A stretch of DNA of 62,327 nucleotides, counting the filler, from Sphacelaria rigidula (Eukaryota), in NCBI GenBank assembly GCA_964200075.2. It is 6 parts of 6 records of this genome, joined end to end, with 100 filler letters (N's around TTAATTAATTAA, not from the genome) between each part and the next. Parts side by side here need not be neighbours in the genome. Positions count along the whole stretch, not along the records: positions 1 to 10,306 come from CAXNAA020006749.1; positions 10,407 to 20,712 come from CAXNAA020006750.1; 4 more parts are not named here. One strand, given 5' to 3'. Below the pieces are notes generated by a model. It saw only the letters and a program-made list of their open reading frames with translations. It ran no database searches and was not told the origin of the DNA. Position 1 is the stretch's first letter; each line of letters opens with the position of its first letter. Position numbers and translations under genes: made by a program. Positions 1 to 11,607 of this stretch are shown here, one piece after another.

Positions 1-40
1 GTGCGGGGTGTGCTGGAGGTTCGTGGACCGGACGCCGAGA

Positions 41-114
41 GGGGGGGGGCGTACTCATTTGTTGCTTGCCTTAGTCGTTTGACCATTGATCACGCATCCC
101 TTTCGAGACGGAGC
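41..114 (-). repeat. Copy of the ~70-bp dispersed repeat
   Basis: G-run + cgtactcatttgttgcttgccttagtcgtttgaccattgatcacgcatccctttcgagacggagc. Confidence 0.9.
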
Positions 115-659
115 CTCTCGGGGGGGGTGACTAAAAATATTACACTCTACTCGGAGGGGGGCTTACAGTGCACGGTGGAGGGGAAAAGTTATTTCATCAC
201 GAGGTTGTAGTTTTGGATCCGAGAGGGTGAGGACGCGCATGTACGCATGTACGCATGACCTGTAGAGGTGTCTTCAAACGAGAATGACCCCCAGTAGCAA
301 AGATTAAAGAACGCAGAACGAGACGGTCCAACCTGACCAACATCTGTACCAAACAATCCTTGCCGACTTGCAATTATTCATAGTATTTGGGCTGTGCGCC
401 CCGTTATTAGAGCGGCAGGTAGCTAGCTCCTCCCCCTCTTAACTTCGCTAAAAATGAGCTTTTCCTATTCCGGGGGCGGGTGGTGCCGGGCCCCCAGCTG
501 GTAGGGTCACGTGATATCGAATATAAACAGTGAAATAGGCAGGATAAACTATACATCGTGTCGCGCAGAGGAACGGTGATACAACCACCAGGCACTGTAT
601 CTCGAGGACAGGAGACAGCGCCGGAGTCACCGGGAATCCGTCGTCGAAAAGATCTTCAC

Positions 660-733
660 CTATAATCCCCGATGATTCCTCTTCGTCAACGCCATTGACG
701 GCAATCTCATTAACCACGGTCGCCATGTTAAAG
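660..733 (-). CDS. Possible downstream exon of the minus-strand plastid-targeted gene
   Basis: CAG acceptor at 735-734, phase 2, which is compatible with the 4078 donor. Reads FNMATVVNEIAVNGVDEEESSGII with a candidate donor GTGAAG at 659. The 3' boundary is uncertain because the frame stays open further. Confidence 0.4.
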
Positions 734-3700
734 CTGGTGTACCATGGCCGACCCAATCGCTTATTCGAATCAAGTTCCATATTCCATATCCTTAAACCCA
801 TCGCGTGTGTATGGAGGCGTGTTCAGCTATATCGTTCCCTCAAAAAAACTCTCATGATCCAGTTTGAAAAGTGAGTTCCATTTTTTCAAATGATTGTCCG
901 GGAAAATGGCTTTCGTGAAGAATTTTCTGACATCTTGGAACATTTTTCTTTGCGGATAAAACGTCCCAAAAAAAAACGGTATTTGAAAATTGTGTCCGAA
1001 AACGGTCAGATTTTTTTTTTCTTTTCAAATCGTTTTTCAAGGCTGCCCTGCCCCTCGTGCTGTGCTATGCCGATAACGTGTCTCCCCGAAAGCCGAATAT
1101 CGCGACTCAACGCCGATTCTGGCCAGAGACGGAGCTTCGTAGAACGTGCTACTCCTGGAAGACTTGACTTACTCTCCGAAAGGATTCAAGCGCACTTTTG
1201 TAGTTTGTCCTGCTCCCAATGAGTCCCCTGGCCGGACAAAACTATTTCTCACAAACATTGCCCAGAAGTGTTCTTGTCTGATCTTTATATACTGCATGTG
1301 CATTTTGGTAGAGTGCTAATCGTGGTTTGAGAAAGTTCTTCTCCGACCAAAAGTCAATCTAGGCGCACGAAAGATCTGAAAAACGCTTCAGGATACCCTC
1401 CGAGAGTAGTCTTCACGACGAGTAGTCCGCTTCTTGTTCTACGAAAAGAAGACTATCCGAAAACGCCCATTACGGCGATTCAGCGCCAATTTTCGCCGAA
1501 ATACGATACTCAGCCGATTGTAACAACTCGGACTTGTTTGATGTACTTTCTGAGAGGATTTTGCTTCTCGTGTGAGAAACACGACCCGTACAAGCCGATT
1601 TCGGCGATTCAGCGCCGCTGTTCGCCGGAATAATACGGGGCTTTAAGGATTGTACCGATCCGGAGAGACTTCGTGAACTCTCCGAGATTCTATTCAGCGC
1701 ACTTCTCTGATTTTTCGTGCTCTCAGTTTGACATTTGGCCGGGCAATAGATTTCCTCAGCAACTCCCCGAGAAAAGTGTTTCTCTGAGATCAATACGGTA
1801 TGTGTTTTTTGGGAAAACTCAAAGGTTTTTGGGGATTGAGAAATCGTTTCTTGTCCGGTCAATAGCCAAACCGAGCGTACGAAGGATGGAAAATGCGTCA
1901 AAATCCTCCCGGCGGGTGCAGCAAGTCTACCGGAGTTGACGAAACCCACCGAGCCCCGTATTACGCCGAAAATTAATGCTGAATCGCAAAGAAATAGGCT
2001 GATTTTTAGTTTTCCTTCAAACGTTTTCTTCTCAGAACAAGAAGCAGGCCGCTCATTATAGGAAACAAATGTAGGGAAGTTTTCTGAACTTGACCGGTCT
2101 CCGAGACAAACGCAAGTTTGACAAAAAAAAACTGCGGCCACCGGAAAACGCAAACAATAATGTTTTCGTGAGATTGAGAATAGAGGATACGATTGAGAGT
2201 GAAAAGCGATCAATTAGAAAATTAATCGTTTCAGTTCCGAAATGCCACTTCACGAGATCCGATAAGCTTTCGGTAGTAGCTTGCCACTGAGGAGGTCTTT
2301 GGTATCCCTGAGTGGGATATCGACGTGTAGCTGTAAGCACACGCCAGTGCTACAAACCAAGCAAAGCATGCGGAATGGGAAATTGGCCAAGTTAAAGCGA
2401 CTGATCAAAGCCATCCTCAATCAGCGCTTTACTCTCAATCTCACGAAAACCTCCTGCAACGGTGTAACCGAGCAGAGCAAGCCATTCCAAGCTGTCAAAA
2501 TCCGCCTAGCCCTCTTGGAAAGCGCAAACCGACGCAGAAAGTCCCTCATGATAGTTTCTCCATATCTTTATTCTTGTTCGCCATACTGTACGACGCGGCC
2601 TTACTTAGCCTGCGCTCACACACTACAGGCGGCAGCGATGGTTGAGTCCAACCACAACAAGGGCAACCACCAACGAAACAATAGCACACCAAAATATATG
2701 GAGGAAAAAACGGCACACCTGTGTAAGCAGCACCAATACAGCAACAAACAGTCGTGAAATGGGGGGAGGATACTCCTACAGCACGGTACGATGTAGTACA
2801 GACACGACCATAACGGTACCGTACAACAATAAATACGAGAGCATGAGACTCCGTCGGCCTGCGGTAGAATTCGAATTATCCGATACCTCCGCGTGCCCTC
2901 ATGTGTGGTATTCGCATACTGATCGATCTAACGTTGTAGCACTCTATTATAGTTTTGTCCCCTCAGCAGGATGGAACAGGATGTATTTTGTATACCATCT
3001 AGACAACAGTCGTACAGTATGATACAGCACTGTATGTTGTCGTTTCGGTTCATTCGTGTGCACTGTTGTCAGTACTGCAGCTTGTACGATCCAACTCACA
3101 GTTGAACGCAATAACCGACCAGTAGCCGTTTAGACATTTGCCGCAACATCCAGCCCGTCGAAACTGCGCATGGCTGACAACGTAAAATGTACAGGCAGTG
3201 CACTATGATACAACAAAGTGAAGCACCACTGCAGTTGTCTGAATACTCTTTCTACTGCTGTATGGTATACACTACAGACAGTATTTCGAAGTACTTGGTA
3301 CATTCGGATAGATGCAACACGACATAGCACGACCTGAAATTTATTCACCCCCGCGGAGCTTTCTTTATCGGCCAAATGAAGTGAATGAGCCGAGTGTGTT
3401 GGCATCCAGGACCACTGGTTTGGTAAGGCACGTCGCGTTTGGGAGTCATAAGGTGCCCCCTCTGGCGCCCACTCATACAATCGTTTATGCACTCCTCGCT
3501 CCGTGCTACAGCGTATACTCAACGTTGAAGACTAACTTACTGCCAACGATATTTGTTGCAGGACACCACAACAACAGGGCATAGAGTGAAGTCTAACAAC
3601 CAGTATGAAGATGTCATGAAGTGATGCAAATGAAATTATCCGCATATTCACCCGACCGGCCCGAGGACACAATTGTGTTGCCTCTGCCTCACACGCCTAG

Positions 3701-4077
3701 GGGCGCTCGCTGTGCCTGACTCTAGGGTATGAAATTGCGTACAAACTTCAAGCGAGCGCCCGCCAACAAACACCAGGATACATGACACGCGTACGTACGC
3801 TACCCTCGCCTTGACGACTAACAGGAAGACGAGACAGAAAAGAGAGAGATTGTAACAGTCAGTACTACAGCAATTACTACACAAAAGAACCAGCAGGCAC
3901 TCTGAGAACAACCAGCCAGCTCTTCTTTTACCGTACCGACTACGCCTTCGGGCAAAAGGTGGGGGTGAAAACGGTCCAGCGTAAATGTAGCTGGCATACG
4001 CCAATGCGGCGTTGCACAAAAAAAAACATGTGTAAGCCCACTCAAGTGTTTCACTCTGTATCTTGCTTGCTACTCAC

Positions 4078-4163
4078 CGAGTCGGGCCAGCGGGCGCGGA
4101 CACCCAAGCCTCTCCACAAGCGCACAGGGCAGCAGTAGCAACGAAGATACCGACGAACCGCAT
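4078..4163 (-). CDS. First coding exon of a probable plastid-targeted protein (unknown function)
   Basis: ATG at 4163 (gaccATG) reads MRFVGIFVATAALCACGEA-WVSAPAGPTR. This is a hydrophobic signal peptide followed by an ASAFAP-like cleavage site with aromatic W at +1. It ends at a canonical GTGAGT donor (4077), phase 2. Too short to appear in the ORF track. Confidence 0.7.
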
Positions 4164-4563
4164 GGTCGGAAATTTGAGTGCGAAGGAAATAATTCCGGGG
4201 AGCGGATGAATGAATGAAAGATGGGCGGACCCCAGCACACTCTGTTGATCCTCTCAACGAACCATGGGTACACTGTAGGACCATCGGTTGGTTCTGTGCA
4301 GAACTTTGTCCAATATAGTACAGTGATAATTTTGTTGTTTTCTATTTTGATAAACATATTGACATTTTCCATCTAGATGGGTGCGCGGGCTTATGCCAGG
4401 TTTTGCTTGGTTTTGCCCTGCCTTGCTTGGCACGATTGCCTCGCTCAGGGAAGGGAGAACGGAACCCGTCGAACTCACCTAATAATCCAGAAGTATTTTG
4501 GTTTTGGTGTAGTTGAGGAAGACTCTGGAGGACAGGAAGAGGAATACGGCTGCTGTTGTTGCC

Positions 4564-4854
4564 ATGTTGTCATCATCAGCAGCTCTATCGTCGTTGTTGC
4601 TAGTATTGAACCATGTTCAAGTTGCCTCATTCACCGTAGTCAGTCCCTCCCGAGCTACTGCTGGTGGTTCTTCCTTTGCTGCAGCAAGCACCGGGTTCCA
4701 TTTCAACTCTGCTTATCGTCACGCCGGTGGCGATACACGTGGTCATGGTTTCGATGTAGTGTCGAGAAGGAGCAGTCTAGGTGACCGTCGTGGACTCTGC
4801 ATCATGTCAGCATCTCCTGGAGATGATATCCCTGAAGATACCAATGACAAAGAG
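4564..4854 (+). CDS. First coding exon of a probable plastid-targeted protein (unknown function)
   Basis: gccATG at 4564 reads MLSSSAALSSLLLVLNHVQVAS-FTVVSPSR... (signal peptide with F at +1), then a Ser/Arg/Gly-rich transit-peptide-like stretch ending ...RGLCIMSA, then acidic mature sequence. 97 codons ending at a GTGAGC donor (4855). Confidence 0.7.
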
Positions 4855-7800
4855 GTGAGCATGAACATGAGATTGTGTCAACCCCTTCGAGCCGGAGGGC
4901 ATGGGCCGGAGTTTTAGAGAGGGGAGAGGGTTGGCGTTTCGGGGGATATTTTCAATTAAAACGCTGCAGAAGGTATGCATGGTGCAGTTAAGTTTGCAGG
5001 CGGATGTATGCGAAAATTGTGCGAGCGCTTTCCGCCTCGGTTTGTGTCGGAGTATGACGGGAGTGCTGATGACGATTTTTTTTAAATCGTAAAATTCCTT
5101 ATACCAAGTACTTCGTGATGAAGTACTCGTGATGATATATCTTGTCTTCGATAGCGTAGCTTGGTCGCCCACAACACTTTGCGACCGCAGGGCGCTCGGG
5201 GCTGGTTGCCCCAGGCTCTATGGCCCGAAAACCTCCAACTCGGCACAGCAGTGGGAGGGTCGGTTGCGACGCATGCTATATCCGCGTGCTATTTCCCACC
5301 CCACATCGCAGTTGTACTCAAGTATGGCAATTGAAAAACGATGCGGGGACGCCGCCTGGGCTGTGGAACATCCGTATTCTTCTCGGACGCGGCTCTTAGC
5401 AATATGTTTCCTGTTAGTCAGGCCTGTGGACGGCGGGCGTGGCTTATCTAACCCTGGACGGTTGGTGGGTGCAGGTTAGAGCTTCTTACTCGGTATAAGG
5501 GTACGGCAGGTGTAGGGACGCGGCGTGGATTTGGAGTGGGTAAGCTTTGCAGAGCAGAGCTCGGGACGAGGATAGAAGTGGGACGATGGGGCGTCGAGAC
5601 CACACCCTGAATGAGGAGCATGACCATAACCCGGACTGGAGATCGGAGGAAGATAGCCGCGAGGGATAGACTGAGAATGACGGTCCGGGTTGACATGCCT
5701 GGGTCATTAGTAATCAGGTCGGGTCATACAGAAGTCGTAGTCACAGCATGCCCACAACACTTAGCCAAGAAGGGCGCGGAAGGGGCGTGACTTCACTAAC
5801 TCACTCCACGAGGCTGTGGTTTAAACTCCGTTCCTCCCGTACCCACTACTTATCCTGTAAGGGGGGACATGCTGCTGGGAGAAAAGAGGAGAGCTATGTG
5901 CTCCCCTGGCGGCTGATCATTCATTTTTTGGCTTATACGTAGTGCATAGTTTAACCTAATTATCAACGGTGGTCCGCGCCCCTCCGGAACACCACCAAAC
6001 GATCTTTGCGGGGTGACTCTACTTGATCCTTTGAACACAAAGCCTCGTCTCAGAACAGTACCTTGCTTCGTTAGCAGTTCTATTTTGATCCATGTTATTC
6101 AACTTTTACATCGCTATCGCATTAGGGCAGGGTATGACTGTGCTCTGTGCCATGACGTGTCCAATGCAGTTGTTGTGGACACCGAGATTGGGAAGGCGGG
6201 GATGGTTGCACAGTTGCAACTGCTCAACAGCGCTGCTCCCTTATGTGTTTGAACAGTCTACATCAGATTGCAAGCGGACTGGCAAAGTACGATTTGGCCG
6301 CGAAATAGTCAAGACTGGTCATTCATACAAAGGCACCCTCCGAGTTTTTTCATGGGCAAACGACAGCTTCAGATACAGCTGGACGGATTCTGGCTTGGCC
6401 ATCAAAAGATTCGGTCTATACCCCAACACAAAACTCTGAGATTTTCTGGCCATGTGATTGCCGAAACAGCCGCACGCCTGTCGTTGGTGCAAAACAGGGA
6501 CGGGGTGTTTGGTGATTCCACGAAAAACATGGGCTCACAGGTATGTAAGACAACCTTACTACTCGCGGTGCGTTTTCTTTGGGTGAAAATGGTGTCAAGT
6601 GATATGAATCAATGTGTCTAATTTGTGACAAGCACGTTCGAACAAACTTTGTGGCTTTCAACCACGATTTGAGGTGAAAGATCATGGAAGAAGTGGCCCA
6701 GATCCCCCCCCCCGTCCCCCATCGTAGCATTACTCACAGGTATGCGAGTGTCATGTGTAGTGGTGCTGTACGTGCGCTGCGGCACCGCTGCCTCATTGAA
6801 CGTGTGTACAGACATCGTACGTTGTAAGCGCTTTTTCGTCGGCGACACTGGTGTGCTGTAGCAACGCTATTTTGCCACCTGTTTTCACGCCTCGGTGCTC
6901 GGTGGATGAGGTGGGTGCACGCAAAACTGGCAACATAATCCACTGTCCGGCCTGTTCTCGGCAGCTAGCGGGTGCAGATGCGTGGTGGTCGCTAGTTTTG
7001 TTTCGAGTCTCCATTGACGATGCTTTTCAATATGGCATCAACGATGACCCGAAGAAGATACGAAGAAGTGAAGGATCAGAGCGTAGCGGGATCTGAGCTT
7101 TGGTGGATCAGGATGAATAAATAGTCTCACAAAATGCAGTTGGTCTAGCCAACGGATAACAGTTAACGGCATGATTGAATACACGTGGGCGATTATAGGG
7201 GCGGGGGAAGAGAGACACCCGTCCAATCATACAGAAAGAACTGCAGTACATTGTAGTAATATTCGGTCATCTCGTCAAGCAACACAAGCCGCAGCGTTTT
7301 GTTTGTAGTATTTTCCCCCCAGATTCACGAGAGGATCTTAACGTGGAAATGACAACACACGCACGAAGATTTGTAGGAACATACCTCCTTTATGGACAAT
7401 CTTATGACGTTACACCGAATTTTAGTCGGTGCTGTCCAGGTGGCGGTGTAAAAAAACACCTCCTTGTTGCAAGTGCAGATAAGTGTTCCGATGGCATTTT
7501 TCTATGGATAAAATGGCCATGCCGCCAACGCTTTTGTCCTTGGAATAGCGTAATAAGGGCGTGTCTTCGCACACCAAATTTCGGTCGAAAAAAAGTGCGG
7601 CGGAATAGATCGGGTAGGTCAGGATAGGTCATCGTTCATGTCCACGTCATTCATGTTGATTCGAAGATCTATCAGATCGGATTTTTTCTTCTCCGCCGCA
7701 CTTTGTCGATCGAAAAATAACGTGTAAAGACACGGGCTGATAGTAGTACTGATGAAGCACCCAAGTATTGGTGCAGCCCTCGTTAGTGGCGCGGCGTTGG

Positions 7801-8189
7801 TGTTCTGCATATGTCGGTGACCTGCAATGTCGATGCTCCCAGACGAATTTTGTTTAGTTGAGTCGGCCACGCAGGCCATGATTGTCTTGTTGGAACGATC
7901 TAATAAAACAGCATACATCCGATGCACGACATCTTCGTGGAGTGCGGGGTCCTACTGTTCGAGAAACATCGACGTTGAAAAACTTGTCTGGCCGCCCCGT
8001 ATTCGTAGCACGCACTGTTGATAACGTGCATATACGTACTGTGTACGCCGCGTATCCCTCATCACTACACGAGACACTGCTCGGCTTTACTGAAGATGCG
8101 AGAGAGCCACTTCAGAACAGTTTGTATCATTTGGACGAAGCACTTGCACGATTTTATTATTTGACTATTTTATTATCATCAATATTTAT

Positions 8190-8510
8190 TTGTCGCACTT
8201 TGAACCCCTCCCCTTCTTCGGGACGAGTCCGCGGTCTCTGGGGATCAACCCATCTCTCTCCGGTACACACCTTGCATTTTGGTCTCGCGGATTGGGTCAT
8301 GACTATCAGCACTCCTGCACGTCACCTCACGTCAAACAAACTCAGTCGACTACTTTGTTTACTCACGTTCTCACGCTTTCCACGGCGGGAATCAGATATT
8401 ACGAAGAAAAACCCAACGCATCGAAAAGCGGACCCTCGTTTCTCTCCACCCTAATGTCGACAGTCGGACCATTACACCACCAGGAGTCGGACCATTACAT
8501 CACCGGGGCG
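8190..8510 (-). mobile_element. tRNA-derived SINE, family A
   Basis: Collinear with 49108-49397 over about 300 nt. The minus-strand head GCCCCGGT... carries an A-box-like TGGTGTAATGG, duplicated in this copy. Confidence 0.8.
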
Positions 8511-8984
8511 CGGCGTGATGCGCACTGGAATCGTGATGTGTGATTCGTGCATATTTTCCGGTGGTGATTCGCAAATGCGTGGTGCATCCATCCGTGAGTG
8601 CAAGATTGTTTGCCACCTGGCGCTCATGCGGAACGAGTCGAGACGTAAACTTTTGCCCGCCTTTGACTCTTGCCGCACGAGTCCTTCGCACGAAATGTTC
8701 GTGATGAATCCGTGCTGTTTCCCCGCCCCAAGATGTCTGCGGCATGAATCAATTGACCTTGTTCGTGAAGTACTGCTTTTCCTGACCTGTCATGCCTACA
8801 GCACGAATCCTTTGCACGAGTTATTCGCGATTCGTCGCATTGTGTCCCCGCCGGCGCGGCTCATTTGCGGGTCGGATGTGCATCTACGAGCGTCCAGGTC
8901 GCGAACGCCTCGAGAACCAATCCACAATAAACCCGATTTCAAATGCGTGTTGTCCTCACACATTTGTGTCATTTTATGTTTCTT

Positions 8985-9516
8985 CTATTCTGGTCGCCAG
9001 TCTACATATTTCGGTGTATGTGGGCGCATCAGCCGGGGTCACGCAGGAGGAAGGTCAGCACAGGAGTTTTTTCTTAGCATTTTGTTTCAGTACTCCACGT
9101 TCTTTCTGCGGTGCTTGTCTCACGTTTTTTCGCGAGAAGGGTTCGATGATTCCTTTCCCTCGTCGACAGTGACATTAACTCATGAAAAAACGTAAACATA
9201 CAGACATACTCAACAGCATAGCTCAATGAAACAGCAACTACGAGCTGGGCCAGCCATTAAACGTGCATACCCCGGGCACACAATTCGAATTTTCAGTTTC
9301 CCGTATCAGCCCGATGTACGTATTTTCGCTGTGAACTGCAGACCAACCTGCTGATGCGCGTTCTGTCGCTGAAAAAAATGCATGAAAAATGTACTACATA
9401 ATATATGACCTCAACGACGGAACCATATTCTGCTAAGAAACGAAATGTATCTGTCGGGATTCGAACTCCTGACCTCCATAACTGGAGTCTCCTGTATCAC
9501 TTAGATTACCGGGGCG
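8985..9516 (-). mobile_element. SINE with family B 3' half and a different tRNA-like head
   Basis: 8985-9170 aligns to 56580-56755. 9516-9453 reads CGCCCCGGTAATCTAAGTG...GGAGTTCGAATCCCGAC (B box). Confidence 0.65.
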
Positions 9517-10306
9517 CAGTTGTGTCACACCAAAAAATGCATGCGCAGCTCATTTTTTTTTAGCCGTAAAAATCTCAAGGATCTTGTGCACGCAAATGGA
9601 AAATTCGTGCTCAAAGCAACAGCATTTTTTTTTTTTCATGGAGCCATGGCATTATCTTGTTTTTGCCGAAATTTATATTGGCTCCAACTTTCTGTTTTTT
9701 TCTTTTTGCCCCTCTGTTGCTTCGGAAATGTTTCCGCGTATTGGTCATGAAGATCCCGTGTAAATATTTCAGCTAGCAAAAGCTGCTCGTCGCGTATTAA
9801 CCGCCAATAGGGACCCTCGGCTGGCCTAGCTCGTACAACAACTGTTCTGGGCACGCAGGTATGGGTGATGTGCTGTGCGGTGGTGTGCTCTACTGCACCA
9901 TACTGTCTGCAAACAGCAGTGTGCACTGCCGTAGCGCGTCCAAACACTCACGCGAACATGCCGGGACGACTCCTATAGTACTGGTGCTGTCTTCACAGGT
10001 CTTCGTGGTGTTGTATGCAATATTTCCAGGCCAACTATACCAAAGAACAAAAGATGAATACACAGACGTGGGCTATGTATCAAAAACGTAGCTCGAGAGA
10101 GTAAACAGCCAGAACAATAGCTCTTGGCACGCAGACGTGTGTGCTGTACTGCGCTGTACTATACTGTCTGCAGATTCAGTAGAACATTTGGTTATTCCAC
10201 GCACCATGAACGGCCGTGTGCTCGGTCTATCAGGGGGGGGCGGAGGGGGTGTACTCATGATCATGCTTGCCATAGTCATCAGACCATTGACCTCCCATCC
10301 CTACAA

Positions 10307-10406
10307 NNNNNNNNNNNNNNNNNNNNNNNNNNNNNNNNNNNNNNNNNNNNTTAATTAATTAANNNNNNNNNNNNNNNNNNNNNNNNNNNNNNNNNNNNNN
10401 NNNNNN
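10307..10406. other. Artificial contig linker (N44-TTAATTAATTAA-N44)
   Basis: Identical 100-nt spacer carrying a stop-in-all-frames 12-mer; occurs five times in the window. Confidence 0.99.
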
Positions 10407-11396
10407 CCCCGACCTCCTTACAAGTATTTTGGGGGTTGCCCGTCTTCCGTGCCCCCAAAGCGTATGTGCGAAAGCACCTTTATGCCTCGATATCTGGGCT
10501 ATAAAGGGGACGTTTTTAGCCCGAAATTGGGGTTGCCCTGGCGCTGGAGAGGGCTCTCCGGGGTGTCCTTATCGCCTACAGCACGTGATTTGTCCTTGCC
10601 CGCGCCCCTCAATGTGTCAAATTCCGTGTGACCCTCAGTATGCTGGTAGAGTGCGGTGCTACGTCGCGTGTGGTATGTTGTGTGCTGTGTGCTGCTGTAT
10701 GCTGCCATGTGTTTGTTGTTGTTGGCGTCTTTTCGGGAGTAGAGTTGATGAGTAGACATAATCGTCCATTAATGGTTGCGCCGCTGGCAAAAAAAACGTT
10801 ACACGACGCAAACGCCTCTTTTCTTCCTGGAAAAATCAACTAATCATGATCAAATCAAGGTATTTTGACTCGATTGATTTCAGTCGATTAGTTGATGTAA
10901 ATCAACTAATCAGCGACGCGTTGATGTGGTTGTTGATATCAATCAAATCAACTTTAAAATCAAAATCAACCGTGATTTAATAGTTGATATACAACCCTAA
11001 TCCTACGGTGCTTTTAACTACTGCGCGGTCCTCCAAGCACGCGGTCCTCTCACGCATTACAATAGGACGGGTTTTTTAGATAGTCACGATATGACTACTG
11101 CATGCAAGGTTATGAGTACCCCCCCCCCTCCCCCCCCCGTCCCGGCTTTGTAGGGATGCGAGGTCAATGGTCGTATTACTATGGCATGCATGATCATGAG
11201 TACACCCCCTCCCCCCCCTCCCTCCAATTCGGTAGCTTTCGTTTCACAAAGAAATGGCCATACGGCTCATCGAGATGGCGGATGATTGCAGACACCAGGA
11301 CGTGAAATGCACTATGAAGAAAGCAGATAGCTGGTTTCGGGAGCTAGGTCTACGAATATATTGAAAGAATACAAGATTAGCACAAATATCACGGCG

Positions 11397-11607
11397 ATGC
11401 GTGAGAGGACCGCGTGCTAAGAGGACCGCATCGGAAGTTGAACATCCCTATGGTCGGGGTTTGGGTTAGGGTTAGTGTTGAGGTCAGGGTCAGGGTCGTA
11501 GTCCCTGCAGGGACTGGCCCGATTGTTTTCGAAAAACTTCGATCCTGAGGTGTTCCGAACTACGGTGCGGTCATATAAGCATGCGGTCCTCTCACGCACT
11601 ACGACAC
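11397..11607. mobile_element. Small non-autonomous element: ~33-bp inverted repeats around a degenerate (GGGTTA)n core
   Basis: tgcgtgagaggaccgcgtgct (11398) pairs with agcatgcggtcctctcacgca (11578-11598). The core ggggtttgggttagggttagtgttgaggtcagggtcagggtc lies at 11456-11497. A third repeat copy is at 11024-11059. Confidence 0.65.

Noticed and set aside
1470..2213. 247-aa ORF, one of the longest in the track
   Set aside because: No recognisable domain. It lies in sequence with repeated gattcagcgcc motifs and A/T runs that looks like the interior of a non-autonomous DNA element.
5475..5700. G-rich stretch with weak 6-nt periodicity as a telomere-derived array
   Set aside because: Too degenerate to call by eye.
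6257..6540. Next exon of the plus-strand plastid-targeted gene
   Set aside because: There is a good donor at 6541, but the phase-0 acceptors nearby (6257, 6267) run into stops before it, and there is no recognisable domain.
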